A stretch of 64,000 nucleotides of DNA from Adineta vaga (GCA_021613535.1 CP075492.1:9920001-9984000), one strand, 5' to 3'. Shown: positions 1 through 14,523, counted from the first letter of the stretch. The notes: generated by a model not told the origin, from the sequence alone. Made by a program: numbers and translations.

Positions 1-90
1 ATTGATTCTTTCAATGTCTTACGTGATTTAGCAAAGAAATTTCTTGAAACATCAACAACCAATGTCAATACGAATACAACCACAAAATAA
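1..90 (+). CDS. 3' end of an unidentified upstream gene (IDSFNVLRDLAKKFLETSTTNVNTNTTTK*)
   Basis: Frame 1 is open from base 1 to TAA at 88-90, followed by T-rich UTR-like sequence with AATAAA near 164. Confidence 0.45.
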   Translation: MDSFNVLRDLAKKFLETSTTNVNTNTTTK

Positions 91-204
91 ATGATATTCT
101 CTGTCTCTCTATTCATATTTTTTTTCTTTGTTGTCTATCATTTCTTTTTTTTATTGCATATAAAATAAAAATACACACGAATAACACTCAGTAGTTGAAA
201 AATA

Positions 205-750
205 ATGACTGATCAATTCTACCATACCATAGCCAATTCTGAATATGAAAATCTTCCAGAAACAGATGCAACGAATAATCTCGATAATGATTTCAAAAGT
301 TATATGGAAATCCTTATTGCCGAACACATTGGATATATTTCCAAAAGTTATCGAGTATGTTCTTTTTCGTTTGCTTTTCGAAACAATAAACGAACATTAT
401 TTCGACTTTAGATTGAACATCAACGATTATCATCATATGCCTATTATCCACCGATGAATGAAGAACAAATACGAGTTCTAACAATTGGTAATATTACATC
501 AAATGAGATCAAACATCAATTGAGTGAAAAGATTTATAAACAATTAGAAACAACGTTTGAAAAGAAAATGGTTCAATGGAATTCCATTGTTCAAACAACA
601 GCGAAAAGATTTGTTACAAATTCTGTTGAACAAGCTATCGATACATTTCGAGAAAAATTATCTGAAATTTTTCAAGATGAAGAAAATCAAACGAACAATA
701 TCATTGTTCAACGTTTTATACTAGTTAATAATGAATTAAAACTAATTTGA
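205..750 (+). pseudogene. Degenerate coding fragment (helical, E/K/Q-rich), product unknown
   Basis: Three overlapping or abutting ORFs (205-411, 245-457, 454-750) read as protein-like but are broken by frame changes and a stop. Confidence 0.3.
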
Positions 751-2286
751 AAAAGAACATTTTACGAAATAAGAAATAGAATGATCGATTTTCAATGTCT
801 AGCCTTAGAATACTTTTTCACTACATTGATTTTCATTATCTATACGATCGACATGCTTTTGTTTATGATGATTTTATTACAAAGATAAAATTCAACATAG
901 TTACAAGGAAGAAATGTATATCAAAATACATTTTCATAGCAAAAAATAAATTGTTGATTCATCTTATAAATATCTAAGATTCTAACGAGCGCCAATTTTG
1001 AAAAAGTTAATTCTTTCTTTTCCGATAGACGAGTGTGGGTGGTTGTATCTTTTCTTGAATTACACTCTCACTGAATTGCGTCGCAATAAAACTCATGGAT
1101 ATGAATTTTACGGTAAAAACAATTGATCAAAATACATAAAAATAGAATTAACCTTAAGTTTTATACTATTCAACTGCTGAAACTTATCCACATTCGCATA
1201 CCAGATGATGATTATTATCGATAATTCTCATTGATGAAAAGCTCAATTCATCCGTACAAACGAAAATTTTCTATATATGTAACGATATAACTTTGAAAAT
1301 AATTCATCACTAAGCTGATACATTGGTGATTACAGATTCATGAACATAACAGTTCAAATTATCCATCGTATCAAACACTGATCCTCGCAGTCACTATAAC
1401 CATCGGATACTCATTTTCATCTTTCGTCCGCTTTTCGTATTGTTTATCGTTTCTAACGATTAGTCTGAGGCGAGAATGAATGAGTCGGGCAACTTATATT
1501 TAGCATCATTTAAGTATGCTCCAAGCAGTTCACTTGTTAGTCACATATCTTTGAGAAGGTTTACTCTCGTAGAGAAAACAGTTATTTTTTTTTGTCTGCG
1601 AACATATGAACTACCAGCGCCTTCTATCGTATATATTCCCATTGGATTATTAAGTTATATTCTAAGATTATAATGTAGTAAGCACGGTGCTTTTTTTCAT
1701 ATCTGAATCATTCGTTATAATTTTAACGAATCTCTCTTGAATATATTTTATTCAAATAGTTTTCTATTCTTTGTCTACAAGATTTTACCATAAAGACTCT
1801 TTTCTTATTTTCCTCATCTTACAAAACCTTTTCATTTGTTTACTATTTAAATTTCAACATTTTTATTTCATTTCTGTAAGTTTCTAACATGAGAAGAAGA
1901 AAAACAACAATGAGATTCGTACGTGATTACATGTACGATATCGAATATTTATTTCTCTCATTAGTCATTTACACACTATTACACAATCGACAAGTACATT
2001 TTATCAATCAGTTTTCAGACGTGCTTGAATAACATATATAAGAATCATGGTGAAATTATATTATACATATATATATTCACAGTTTAGAAGTCTAATGGCA
2101 TTCGATAGGTCAATGACTTCTAAATGAGATGCGATCGTCGATCATTGTTTACTGTCTAGCTTAGATAAACTTTATTCATGGATTTGTCTTCTTGACGGAC
2201 GCGTATTACATTCTTGTTTATCTGCTGAAGAAAACTACGAATTTTTTTTTCTCTATTTCTTAGATCATCGAGAATTTCTTTTGTAA

Positions 2287-3197
2287 ATGGAGACAACTCA
2301 ATCTCATGTACCATCAGTAGCATTATTTGTCACTGTAAGTATTAAATTCATTTGCGAGAATATTATAAAACAAAAACAAATTATTCTAGCGATCGGAAAT
2401 CGATTTTTCTCATCGATCACCAAGTCCAATATGTCAACGATGGTTTATGGTTTTATATCTAAAATCTGAAGCAAAAGAACTTGCATTAACTGTAAGTTAT
2501 TGCTTGATTTCATTTCTATTCATTTACATATATATATATATATACATTGAATTCATAGGTTTATCCAGTGAATATGAAAAATCCTGAACAAGAATTTAAA
2601 AAAGCTTATAATTCCAATCCACCTGTTGTTGTCTTTGATGAAACAATTGATAAAACATGTCAAGTTGTGTTAACTGATAATCGTGATATTGATGCTGAAA
2701 TAAGTAAACGTTTTCCAGTAACAAACATGAGCTCATTAAAAGAAGCGGAAGATGTTTGTTCCAATGTTTATATAAAATTCCATCCATATTTAAAATCACC
2801 TGTTGGTGATCCTCAAGAACAAATTAAATTACGTTCATTATTAAGTGAATTAAAACGTATCAATGATTATCTTGAAGAAACAGGCACATTATTTCTTTCA
2901 GGAAATGAAATGACATTTGTCGATTGTGATATTATGCCAAAATTACAACACATACGTGTTGCGAGCAAATATTATAAAAATTTAGATATTCCAAATGAAT
3001 TAACAGCATTATGGTCATATATGGAACGTTGTTATCAAACAAAAGCTTTTCAAGAATCATGTCCATTTGATCAAGATATATTGATGCATTATGAAGGTAA
3101 AGTTGGTGGTCAGAATAAACCATTTGGTAAAACACCAACATTACAACAACCAACAATGACATTAACAATACCAGGTCGAGAAGAACAATCGAAATGA
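2287..3197 (+). CDS. CLIC: Chloride intracellular channel protein (CLIC/EXC-4 family, GST fold), 3 exons
   Basis: Spliced model METTQSHVPSVALFVT|...SPICQRWFMVLYLK...|VYPVNMKNP...; C-terminal motifs FLSGNEMTFVDCDIMPKLQHIRVA and AFQESCPFDQDILMHY; GT-AG introns at about 2335-2389 and 2492-2558. Confidence 0.9.
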
Positions 3198-3453
3198 TTT
3201 GCATTTTGCTTTCTCTTACGTGTGTGTATATTTTGATTTATTCAACAATCTCACATTTTCTTCTCTTGTCTTCTTTTTTTTTCGTTATCATTAGCTATCT
3301 TTTATATATATATATTTGCGAGAGATGTTGAATGATTGATTGATCTAGAATGAAATCTCTTGGAAAAACTGGTCAAATAAAAGTGTTAGCTTTTTTCTTC
3401 TTTACATCTTTATTTTAGATTGAATTTGTTAAGAGTATATAGCTACAAATAAC

Positions 3454-6400
3454 ATGGAAGAAGCACAAGAAAAACCTATGGTATTTATTCTAATTTCTAG
3501 TTAGAAAGCTCTTTATCAGAAGAACCTCAATCTTTATCAACGAAATCAGTTACTCACTAGGATTCACGTTTCATCTATTTAGGATAAAATTGCTTGTTTC
3601 AAAAAAGGCGCATCACTAACTATTACTGGTCAACAGTATAATGTATGTTCAGAAAATCTCAAAACCAACCTACTTGTTTCATCGAATCGATTTGGTTATA
3701 TATTGTATGGTACTGAAAGCGATGGTCTTGCAATCATTCCATCAGCACATATCGATCATGAATCACAAAAATTAATTGTATCATCTGATAATGATGATGA
3801 TGAACCGAATGTTAATCTTGATAAAAATTCGATTATTTACCGATCTTATTTACCTGGTCAATCAGTAAAACAAACGCCATCATTAATACCATATTGGTTA
3901 TCATTAAATTCGGACGAAACGATTCTTGCTATTATTCTTCTTCAAAAAGATGCTCAAGCATCACTTTTACTTTTCTATGATGTTGTTCAATTAATTCAAA
4001 AAGTATTTGAAGGAAAAAAACGATTTTCGTTTTTTATGATAAGATTTTTTTTCTTTTAGTCGGATTCATCGCTCATATGTCCAGCTATGCGTTTAACAAG
4101 AGATGTGATCGGTGATAGTATTCATAATTTTATTTGGAATCCAGCAATGCCTAATTTATTTGCATTTATTGATGGTCTTGGCTCTGTATCGACATATTCA
4201 ATTGATAAACAAGTAACCAATGTAGGCAAATCCATTGCAGATGTGAATAATTCTTCCAGTAAGTTGTTTTTTGTATCATCGATTGTTTCACTTTATTCTT
4301 TTGTCTAGTTTGTTGGAGTCCAAAAGGTAAACAAATCGTCGTAGTTAAATATGATGGTTCATTAGAATTATTTTCCGAAAATATGCAATCAAAGAAGAAA
4401 CATCCATCGCTTACAATCAATGCATCATTTCCTCCATGTATTAGTGTTCTTTGGATTTCAACTCCTCAATTCTTACTTGGCTTTTCAAAATCGAATTCTA
4501 GTTCTGATCAGAATCCATTCGTTCATATCATGGCAACATATAATAAAGTAGGACATTGAATTTTCACAAACTTGTTATTAAATATTGAATTGTATAAAAA
4601 CAAAATAGGAGCAACCACCTAAAACACAAATATTCTATGATCTCTTTTTTCGATGTAATGGACGTTCCAATGAATACGAATCTTCAATACTTTTATGTTC
4701 AATCGAATCAAAAGTATGACAATAATTTCATTGACCAATTAAGAACTATTTTAAAATCATTTTTAGTAAAAATGTTATTTGTGGTTTATCAAAATCGATC
4801 AAAATTAGTGTCTTAGGATCCGATGAACTCACTCCGGTATGTTTTTCTAGAATTGATTTCTTATTGCAAAGATAATTTTTCGAGAAAAAATCCGAGTTAT
4901 TTGATCTGCTGTATAATAGAATAATTCAAAGGTTTATTATTAAAAATCTTTTCATGACAAATAATGTGTTGATAAGTTTACAAATACAAAAAGCATAATA
5001 ACAACAATAAGTGTAGATAAGAAAAAAATGAATATAAAGACATAGATAAGGATGTATCTTTGGGATTGACTTGAACATTGAAGGATGAAGGTATTTCCGT
5101 TTTTAAAACTTTAATTTTTCGATCTTGACATAAACGATTACATGAATGAATTGATGAACAATTGAAATAATTATCTAATTCATATAATTGTATGGCTGGT
5201 AAACTTTCATTACGTAGCAAACAACCTTGATTTAATTTAAATATTCGATTAATACTTTGATTTGTTTGTTGTCGTTTGATGTGAAAAATCGTTTTTAATT
5301 GACAATCACATTGAAGTTTTGTTTGACTATCTTGACTAATTTGTAATTGAGGATAATTAATTAAAAGACAATTATCTAATGGTGAAATTGAACTATGTTT
5401 TATATGAATTGATAAACGTTGAAGATGTTCAATACCACAAAAGGCATTCTTATCAATAGAATTCAATGGATTATTTGATAATGTTAATTGACGAAGTTTA
5501 GGTACATGTTCAAATGTATATTCATCAATGGACTCAATTAAATTTGAACTTAAATCGATGTCATCAATTGTATTAGATTGTAAATGTTCGATGGTTTTCA
5601 ATTGATTATGTTCAAATAGAATATATTTCAAATGTTTTAATTTTCCTAATGATGATATGAGTGGTTGACTTTGAAAGATTTCAGGTAGATGACGTAGAAG
5701 TAATCGTTGAAGAACTGTAAGATATTCAATAGGTACTAAACTTGTTTGATGTGTATTCATTAAACTTAAATAAGTTAAATTTTGTCCAATCGATTGAATT
5801 TCATGATAACGATAATTATCAAGATGAATGTTAATTAATTCTAAACGATATAAATATGGTAATTGTTGTAATAAGAGTTCAAAATTAAGTTTTTTATCAT
5901 GTTTATGAACTTGATGATAATGAACATTTTTCAATGTTAAACTTTTTAAAGTTTGAAATGAATTTGCCGAAAATATATCTTGAAAATTTTCATTTGAAGT
6001 TGTAAGAGATTTGATAGTAGAATTTTCTAAGGAGAATTTTTCGAAATGTTTAATATTTAGAAATGATTGATCATTGAGATTTTGAAGATTACAATGACGA
6101 ATACGTAATGTATTTAAAGTTAAATCATTAAATGGTATTGTTGCAAAATTGAAATCTTCAAGACAAGATTCAATTTCTATAGTTTGATATTGAAGATTCG
6201 AAGGAAAATGTGGAGATTTTGTAAGACTAATACATTTTAATGAGATAGATGGTTGATCATTGCTTGAAACATCTTCACATTCACATTGTTGAGATGATGC
6301 TTGAGATGAATAATATTCCGTACAGATCGATGATGAACATAGATGGATATTGAAAAGTATGAGAAGAAAAAATGAGAAATAAAACCAGCTTAAATACATC

Positions 6401-9400
6401 TGAAATAGAATTCAATTATGAGCATATATATATGTATCGGCTCGATTATTATTCTAATTGATAAATCTTATTTTATACAATTTTTTTTGTTGTTTATATG
6501 TCATGTTGATAGAAATGTTTAGTCGAGATTTATAGATAAGAATACGTGATATATGCAACGATAGAACATATGTATAGGGATAGTAACAAAAAAGAAACGA
6601 AGAATAGATCAATCTTTATTCAATCAAGTTGAACTTTAACAACAAAAAAAAACTAGACATATTAACCTTCTTAGAATAGTCTTCCTTCACTGAATATCAT
6701 AGATTTTATTACGATTACAAGAGAATGTGTGGACATTTATGACTTTCTTCGTTCAAGTAGACGTTATTAAGAAAGATATAATTTCTTACCTTAAACGCAC
6801 TAGACAAATTATTCATTTAGTTCGATAATCTAATTCGGGTCATCGGAAGTTTAGATTGATAAGAAGATACAAAATGACTTTTTATCGTCATTTTTATTCA
6901 TGCGCATAGTCAGACGATAGAATATGAGAAGAAATACTTCGAAAGTATGATATCTCTTGATGTTTTTATAGTTATCTGAGACTAAATATACTACGATTGA
7001 TTGCCAATTGATCCTGTTAATGTGCTCGTATAAATGCGATGTTAAGAAAAATTTACGTTCAATCGCATACCGGAACAGTTGATCTTTTCTTGCAGTGCGT
7101 TTTTTCTTCTTCGCCTTGTTTGAATAAGAAGAAGAAGAAAAAAAAATATATATATGTTCATTCTTTTCTACTACTTGTAGGGCACCATCACTTGAATCGT
7201 ATGGTAGAGTATTGGCTATTCTCTTCTCTTCTTTCTCTCTTTCTCTTCCCTCTCCTCTCTTATTCTTCTGGTAATCAGCTTCACATCTTGTTGAGGCTAT
7301 TTTTCCTCTCTTGCTCTCATTCTCTTTCGCTTTGTGCCCTGAATTAAAGAAAAGAGAAATGTTAAGAAGCGGAAATGCACAACAATAAGACGACTAGCGG
7401 TCAATAGAATATCCATTTCAAAAGCTTTGTTACATATACATAGGAAAAAAAAGAGAAAAAGATGTGAGGTGAAGGTAATCGACATGTACGGTAATAGATT
7501 TCTTTTTACTATTACATGTTATTGTCAATTAAGTAGACAGATGGACATGCAAACTCGAAGGAAAGAAGGGAGAGAAAGAGCGAGGTAATAGATTAAAGTT
7601 GAATATGAATCGATGTAGACTTGACATGAAGTCATCATTCATCGCATCGTATATGAAATGATAATATATATATTTATCTATCGGTATGCTGATCCCCTCT
7701 CTCTCTCTCTCTCTCTCGTGCGCGTTCATTTCATATGTTTCTGCTATCTGTGATTGAATTGGTATCAGAATGATAAAGGCTTAAATATGATATGCTTCTA
7801 TTGAAAAAAAAAGAAGAAGAAACCATAGAACTTCTAGCAGAAAAGCAATTCATTAATACGAACGTATGATCGAACATCACAAACAACTTACTATTATACT
7901 ACTATTTCTCTCATAAGACATGCATCTGTATGAGGTGGGATGTCTGTTCAATGTTCACTTTTTCTTCCTCTCTTCGCCGTCTTCTTCTTCATCTTTTATT
8001 CCCTAATTCTTTCTCTCACATATTGCTCACCACATCGTCAAGAATAATGCCATTCTCTCCTGTTCAATACACGAACTGGACAAGTGTCCACTCTTGTCGT
8101 TGTGCTCTATGCTTAGTTATATATGTAGATGTGTGTGTGTGTGTGTGTGTGTGCGAGTTGATGTGATGATGCAATGGTGTGACTAATGGATTGAGTAAGA
8201 TGACTATATGAAACATGAAAGCTATGTGACAGTGTCTGGTCGAAGAAAAGCTTTTAAAAAAATGAACGGAAGAACGAAAAACTTATCTACATCAAGGATA
8301 TGTATACTCACGATTTCATAGTAAATTGTCTCTTGTTCTTATTCTCACTATTAAAACTATACCAAATGCGTAATCTTACTCGTGCACATAAACACACGCG
8401 TTGATTACATAAAAAAATCTCTATGATGGAGGTTACGACGTTGCTATCTTTTCCTTCTCATTCGATGTATGTCTAATTCCTTTGTTTGACCAAGGCAATG
8501 TCGTTGTTAGATGGTGTAATCAAGTCAATTCATTTTTCGGTTAAATGCGTTCATTTTCTTTTCTAATAAATTTACTGTCATTCAGATGTAATTGATAAGA
8601 ATAAACAGAACTCATCAACTAAGAAAATGTTCGATGGCCTTGCGTCATTCAACTGTAAAGCAGAAGGAAAAAAAACGGAAAGATTTTTACGCAATTCTTA
8701 TATAAATATTTTTGTGTTTGTAATGATGGTGTAAAGCATTTAAGATCATTTTTCTCCTACTTGTTATTTTCATATATATGTATATAAACAATGAATAATG
8801 ATGATCTTATTAATATAGTCAAGATGTTCTTTTAGCTTGAAATAGAAGAATATGGAAGTGATTGAAAAGTAACAATCAGACGAGAGTAAGAAAAGAATGA
8901 AGATGGATAAGATAAAAAAAAGACGTGAATGATTTAAAAGAAAGAAGGAAGGAGAAGAAAAAAAAGACGTTGAAAATATTCATTCGACACTCATCACTCA
9001 CTTGTCCTTGACCGATTCTAGTTCATTGAAAAGTTCTTATTTCTTTTTTCGATCGAAACGATTTATAAAAAACATAATACATCTTATTAATGTTTGGAAA
9101 AGAAAAGATCATTCGAAAATGTCGGACTCATTTCTTTATTCTTAATCGATCTGAGTAAATTAATGATAGGTCTACACTACCATCATCATCATTATCCTGT
9201 CCGAGAACGTATCACTACTCAGCAGGCAATAGTCCGAATACTGGTTAATAAGGCGTCCATCTCATGTTACATATACGTATAGATCTATATGTATACATAC
9301 ATACATATATATATGTATATAAACGCATGCAGGGCGATGCTATTTACCTTGAGTAAGGTGGTTATATCGATTGATGTATTGCGACGTTTGAACAGCATAA

Positions 9401-12400
9401 ATACTTGAACTGTCTTCGTTCTATCTGCTAATTGAAATGTTCAAGTTGATCGAACATGTTCAGTACATTTCTATTCGCACCTCGTCATTCATGGTCAGTT
9501 TGTAGATTGCTGACATAATTTGTCCTCTGGTATACACACAGCTGGTTCTTCTCTCTATTCTAATGTATTCGATGAACGTTGAAGAAAGAAGAAGAAGAAG
9601 AAGAGAGAAAAGAATCGTGGTTCACTTCATTTTTTTTGTTAAGAAAAGAGAAAAGAAAAAGGAAAGAATTTAGTCTTGACAATGTTTATGAAGCTAAAAC
9701 AATTCTTAACTATAATATGATCGAGACAATTTTCATTCAAGCGTGCACCAGATGTGTTTAACAACGCCCGAGAGACCATGACACAAGTGCGGTTAGTTCT
9801 ATTTATCAGCGAATGAGTTCAAAGTTGATGATTAATCTTCTCACGCATTGGAACCATCTGTCAAACAAAAAAAAATGACAGAATAGAACAAGAGAAGAAA
9901 TTCATCCAAATCTTGATAAGAAATAATACAGACAAGCATGCGATTATCATGAGAAAAAAAGAAAATGGATAATGAGAATTATGATTATTATCATCAAGAT
10001 CAAAAAAAATAAAAGAATCAAATCAATGAAGATCAAAATCTTTCATTAATTGTCTCTATATTTATTATTAGGATTCATATGATATCTGGACATTTGATGA
10101 TCATCTTCGAGCCGATGTTAAAGGTTCTTTAAAAGTCGATAGTAAACAACTTACTCTTACTGGCATGGCACTTGGATTAAATTCGACTATTTCAATCAAA
10201 GAATATGGAAAACAATTACCATCATGTCCAATGTTACTTCTCTCCAATAGTGAAGGTGTTCTTCAAGTGTATTATTTTATTCATGAACAATTTCAATCCA
10301 TTTGTCGTGCACCTGAAGTAATCAAGCAAATTCAAGTAGGAAATATTCTTGGAACATCGACATCATCAGCATTACCAATAGTTCCATCACGTAAGGTTTT
10401 CTACTTACTTGTATAAATGGATAAGGAACATTCTTTCTCTCTTTCTATATTTATATTGTTGCCCTATCTTCGTTAGTTTCGAGGGAATGTTGAGAAAATA
10501 ACAACAACAATCTGTTAGGCGAACATGATCATCATTAAGAAAGAAGAGAGAGAGAGAGAGAAAGATATTACATCATATCTATGCGGCATGGATTTCTGTA
10601 GTGATGAGTCGAGTGTCAGATAACAATCATCTATAGGAAAAGGAGAAGAAGGAAGAACATTATCTAATAATGAACAGAAAGTTCAAGTAACAACAACAGT
10701 CATCTAAAAAGATTATATTAGTCTACGATACAGACAGATCATAATGTGAAACATTTGTTTAATAGAATCGATCATTTCTTTTGACAATAATAGCTCATAG
10801 AAAATAATGAAATGATTTGCTTACTGACTGTTTAATTTGATGTTAACAATAACAAGTACTACTACAATATGAATAAGAAATAAAATACGGAAGCATATAT
10901 ATATATATGTGCGTGTTTTTCATTAGTTTCTCATAAAAACAGACGAATCTCACCACTTGAGACTAAAAAATCAAACATAATATAATATTAATTAAATTTA
11001 ATGTCCTTTAGTATTCAACCTTGAGTACTGTTGTCTTATTTTGATTTCTTTACACAAGAGATGAACAACAAAGGTTTTGAACAACTTACATCTTTTGTTT
11101 GCAGAATTACTAACAAACGGTTCTTTAACGACATCTGCAAGCACACCGATCGCTTTGCAACCAAAAGAAAAGACCAATCTTATTAATACGTTCGGTTTTA
11201 ATCAACAAACTGTCAATGGTTCATCAATGAACGATTTTTCCAAACCCATGACTATGAATTTAGATACTAAAACAATCTCTACGCAACAACCACCAATAAA
11301 AAGTAAACTAGTCTTTGTTATGTGAGTTTTTGATAAGATATATATTTGATGTATTTAGGTGTAATGAATAATGAACAATCATCGACACCAATGATAGATA
11401 GTAAAAAATTTCTCCAAATGGTAAATCAATCGAGTTTGATTTCTTTTGTTTGAAAAACATTCAGTTCTGCAGGTTTATATGCTTTTTCTTTTTAATAGGT
11501 CGATCAATTTCAGTCAAAGCTAAGCTCTTTAGGGAAATCTATACCAAAATCATCTACGACACAAAATGATTCAAATGATCCCTTAAACAACTTAAAGAAA
11601 ATGCTAACAGACATGACTACTTCATATCAGGTAGTTCATTCATTTATTTCTCTTCTCAATCTATTATAAAAATCTTTCATTTCGTTTTAGAAATCGATGC
11701 AATCGATCAAAACTATGACCAGTGAACATATTGAATCTGTGACAAAGATTGAAAATGCTCGTTATCAATTACGATTAAGTCAAAAAGAAAATCTTTATCA
11801 TTCATTAAAAGATCGTGAACTGGATCCATGGACTCAATCTCGTTTGGATTCAATCAAAACGAAATATGATCAACTTAAACATAATTTAAATGTCCTATTA
11901 CAAGTAACACATACAACTATTCACGATACATCGCTGCTTGATGCGTCCGATGATGCAGAAAATGAGTATGTAGAAACAAAATTAAGAAATTGAACTTTTA
12001 TCTACAATTTTTTGATTATTTAGATATTTCTTACCGGATTTAAAAATATCATTGAATACTAGTCAAACTATGAAACAACGAATGCAAAATCGTATATGTG
12101 AACTTAGTCATAAAGTGACAGAAACAGAAAGAGATCTCGAAAAGATTTGTTCTGCATTAAATAATGATATTTTGAGTAGCAAAACATTCGAGTAAGAACT
12201 TTGTATATATTAGTTCATAATAGAAATTCTTTTTTCTTCTCTTTTAGTAAGACGACGATGTCGTCTGAACGACCATTTCATACTTTAGATGCACAAATTT
12301 TAGCACATCTTCAAGCTACTCATAAATCTATCACTCAAGTTATTGTTCCACCTGCTGTCGGAATAAATATATCATCGACTGTTGAATCATTGAAAAAACA

Positions 12401-14334
12401 AACGCCCATTGAAATATTAAAACCCAAAACACCGTTAATTCAACCATCAGCAGCACTTCAACAACCAAATACACCATCTGCTGAGTCTGAAAGTTTTAAA
12501 AATATGTTACGCATCGTTCGAACATCGATTGATTTATTTTCTGGTGTAACTAGTCCGGAACAATTACAAGAATTATCAAATACAATTGCTACAAGTCCAT
12601 TAGCGACAACACAAAGATCAAATACTACATCGATGCCGAAAACTCCAACAACGACAAAAACAACAACTTTAATTAAAACACCAACGATATTAAAGCCACA
12701 GCAACAAGCAGCACCTATTCTGCAAACACCTGCAAAATCGATAACTTCACCAGTACCAACAATTTCTGTAACACCTGCTACACCAGCTACGCAATCTCTC
12801 TCATCAAATACACCACTTTCATTTGTACAAGCTAAACCTGTAGTTCCTACACTTACTGATCAGACAAAATCACAAACTTCATCAGCAGCGAATGATAGTG
12901 CTATTCGTTCATTACTTAATAGTACAGTATCTCCTCAAACAAATGTAACATCGGTTACTAATCAATTAGGAACTGTTATTACACCTAATCAAGTTGCACC
13001 TATGGCTGCATTCAGTAATTCTACGTCGTTGAATCAAACAGCTTCATTTCCGTCGCCATCAGCTACTTCTACTTCATCAGCGGTTACTGTAGCATCACCT
13101 TCTTCAACAGTAACAACTTCAGTGCAATCAACTTCACCAACAACCAAACCATTGATATCTGCTGGCAGGCGCTTTTGGATCAAAACCTTCACTTAGTGGT
13201 TCTGCACTAAATTTAGGATCTATATCAGCCAGTATTCCATTTGGTAGCAGTTCTATGGCACCAACGACAACTGCCAGTACTGGACAACTTTTTGGTGGTA
13301 CTAGCGCGACAGCAGCATCAATTCCTAGTCCATTTGGTAGCGGCTTTAGTACACCTTCTTCACCTGCACCAGTTTCAACTGGAAGTCCATTTGGTGGTGG
13401 TGGTACTACTGCTACAACAACATCAGCTCCCACAACTGGTATATTTGGAAATCCATCTACTTCAACTTCTAGTCCATTCGGTACTGCTGGTAATTCTACA
13501 GTAACAACTGCAGCTCCAACGGCTGGCTTTTTTAGTACTCCTACCACTGCACAAGCTAGCCCATTTGGTAGCACTACAACCACTTCTACCACTGGTGCAT
13601 TTGGTACTACAGCAACTACTGCAGCTCCTCAAACTGGTATATTCGGTGGTACAACAAACCCAAGTTCTAGTCCATTTGGTGCTGCGACATCTACTGCGGC
13701 GTCAACAACAGGTATATTTGGTGGTGGTGGTGGATTTGGATCTAGTGGTTCAACAAGTTCTCCATTTGGTGGAAGTTTCACTTCAACACCATCAACCTCT
13801 GTCGCTAGTCCATTCGGTAGTAGTGGATTTGGTACGACATCATCAGCTCCAACAAATTCAGTATTCGGTGGATTTGGTAGTACATCAACAGCACCAACAT
13901 CAACATCCACCACTGGTGGTTTCGGTATAAGTTCTTCTACCAGTTCACCAACAAGTAGTACAGGATTTGGATCTGGTCCATCATTTGGTGGTAATTTTTC
14001 TGGTTTCAATACGCAGTCAAAATCATCTGGATCGTCGACTGGTTTTACTTTTGGTGGATTTAGCGGAGCATCTTCGAATACAGCTGCACCACAACAAACA
14101 TTTGCTTCCTTTGGATCACCAACATCAGCAACATCACCACCAGCAGCATCTCCATTTGGTGGTTCCATGTTTGGAGGTTCATCGATGACTCAGTCAACCG
14201 GTTTTAGTAGTAAGTGGTTTGTTTTCAGGAGAAATCTTTTCTATTTTCCGCATCTTTTAGCAACAGGTTCGACTTTTGGTGCTTCAGCAGCTCAATCTCC
14301 AACGTCAGGTTCATTTTCAGCTTATCGTAAATAA
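3454..14334 (+). CDS. NUP214: Nucleoporin Nup214/CAN-like (beta-propeller, coiled coil, S/T/P-rich linker, FG repeats), multi-exon
   Basis: Propeller motifs LLVSSNRFGYI, WNPAMPNLFA, CWSPKGKQIVV and PMLLLSNSEGVLQVYYF; coiled coil with RELDPWT; terminal exons with dense SPFG/GIFG/GFG repeats. There is an apparent +1 indel near 13164. Confidence 0.88.
4978..6399 (-). CDS. Leucine-rich-repeat cell-surface protein (signal peptide, LRRNT, LRRs, LRRCT, hydrophobic GPI-like tail), nested antisense in a Nup214 intron
   Basis: 473 aa single coding exon with LxxLxLxxNxL repeats (IDDIDLSSNLIESIDEYTFEHVPKLRQLTLSNNPL), an LQCDCQL cap and hydrophobic N- and C-termini. Confidence 0.88.
   Translation of the reverse strand: MYLSWFYFSFFLLILFNIHLCSSSICTEYYSSQASSQQCECEDVSSNDQPSISLKCISLTKSPHFPSNLQYQTIEIESCLEDFNFATIPFNDLTLNTLRIRHCNLQNLNDQSFLNIKHFEKFSLENSTIKSLTTSNENFQDIFSANSFQTLKSLTLKNVHYHQVHKHDKKLNFELLLQQLPYLYRLELINIHLDNYRYHEIQSIGQNLTYLSLMNTHQTSLVPIEYLTVLQRLLLRHLPEIFQSQPLISSLGKLKHLKYILFEHNQLKTIEHLQSNTIDDIDLSSNLIESIDEYTFEHVPKLRQLTLSNNPLNSIDKNAFCGIEHLQRLSIHIKHSSISPLDNCLLINYPQLQISQDSQTKLQCDCQLKTIFHIKRQQTNQSINRIFKLNQGCLLRNESLPAIQLYELDNYFNCSSIHSCNRLCQDRKIKVLKTEIPSSFNVQVNPKDTSLSMSLYSFFSYLHLLLLLCFLYL
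7696..7717. repeat. (CT)n microsatellite
   Basis: ctctctctctctctctctctc run. Confidence 0.85.
8130..8153. repeat. (TG)n microsatellite
   Basis: tgtgtgtgtgtgtgtgtgtgtgtg run. Confidence 0.9.
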
Positions 14335-14505
14335 AACTTCTAGATACAAATGATTCCCATATATTTTTCTTTATTTTTCTGTAATTATCAAAACAAATTG
14401 CCTTGCCCACATCACATTCAGTTTGTTCCTTTTTTCTTTTTTTTCTGTGAAAACATATCTGTGTGATTACAATAAACAAGAATAAATATGTGTTATGAAC
14501 AAAGT

Positions 14506-14515
14506 AAAAAAAAAA
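14506..14515 (-). terminator. Pol III oligo-T terminator of the RNase P RNA gene
   Basis: T10 run on the minus strand about 8 nt after the P1 3' strand. Confidence 0.7.
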
Positions 14516-14523
14516 GAGAACAA

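Noticed and set aside
960-1700. Possible transposon remnant
   Set aside because: I could not identify terminal inverted repeats, a target-site duplication or a transposase motif.
13134-14188. Several overlapping antisense and alternate-frame ORFs (for example 13134-13592 and 13629-14168 on the minus strand)
   Set aside because: They are shadows of the codon-biased S/T/G/F repeat exon of Nup214 and show no independent features.
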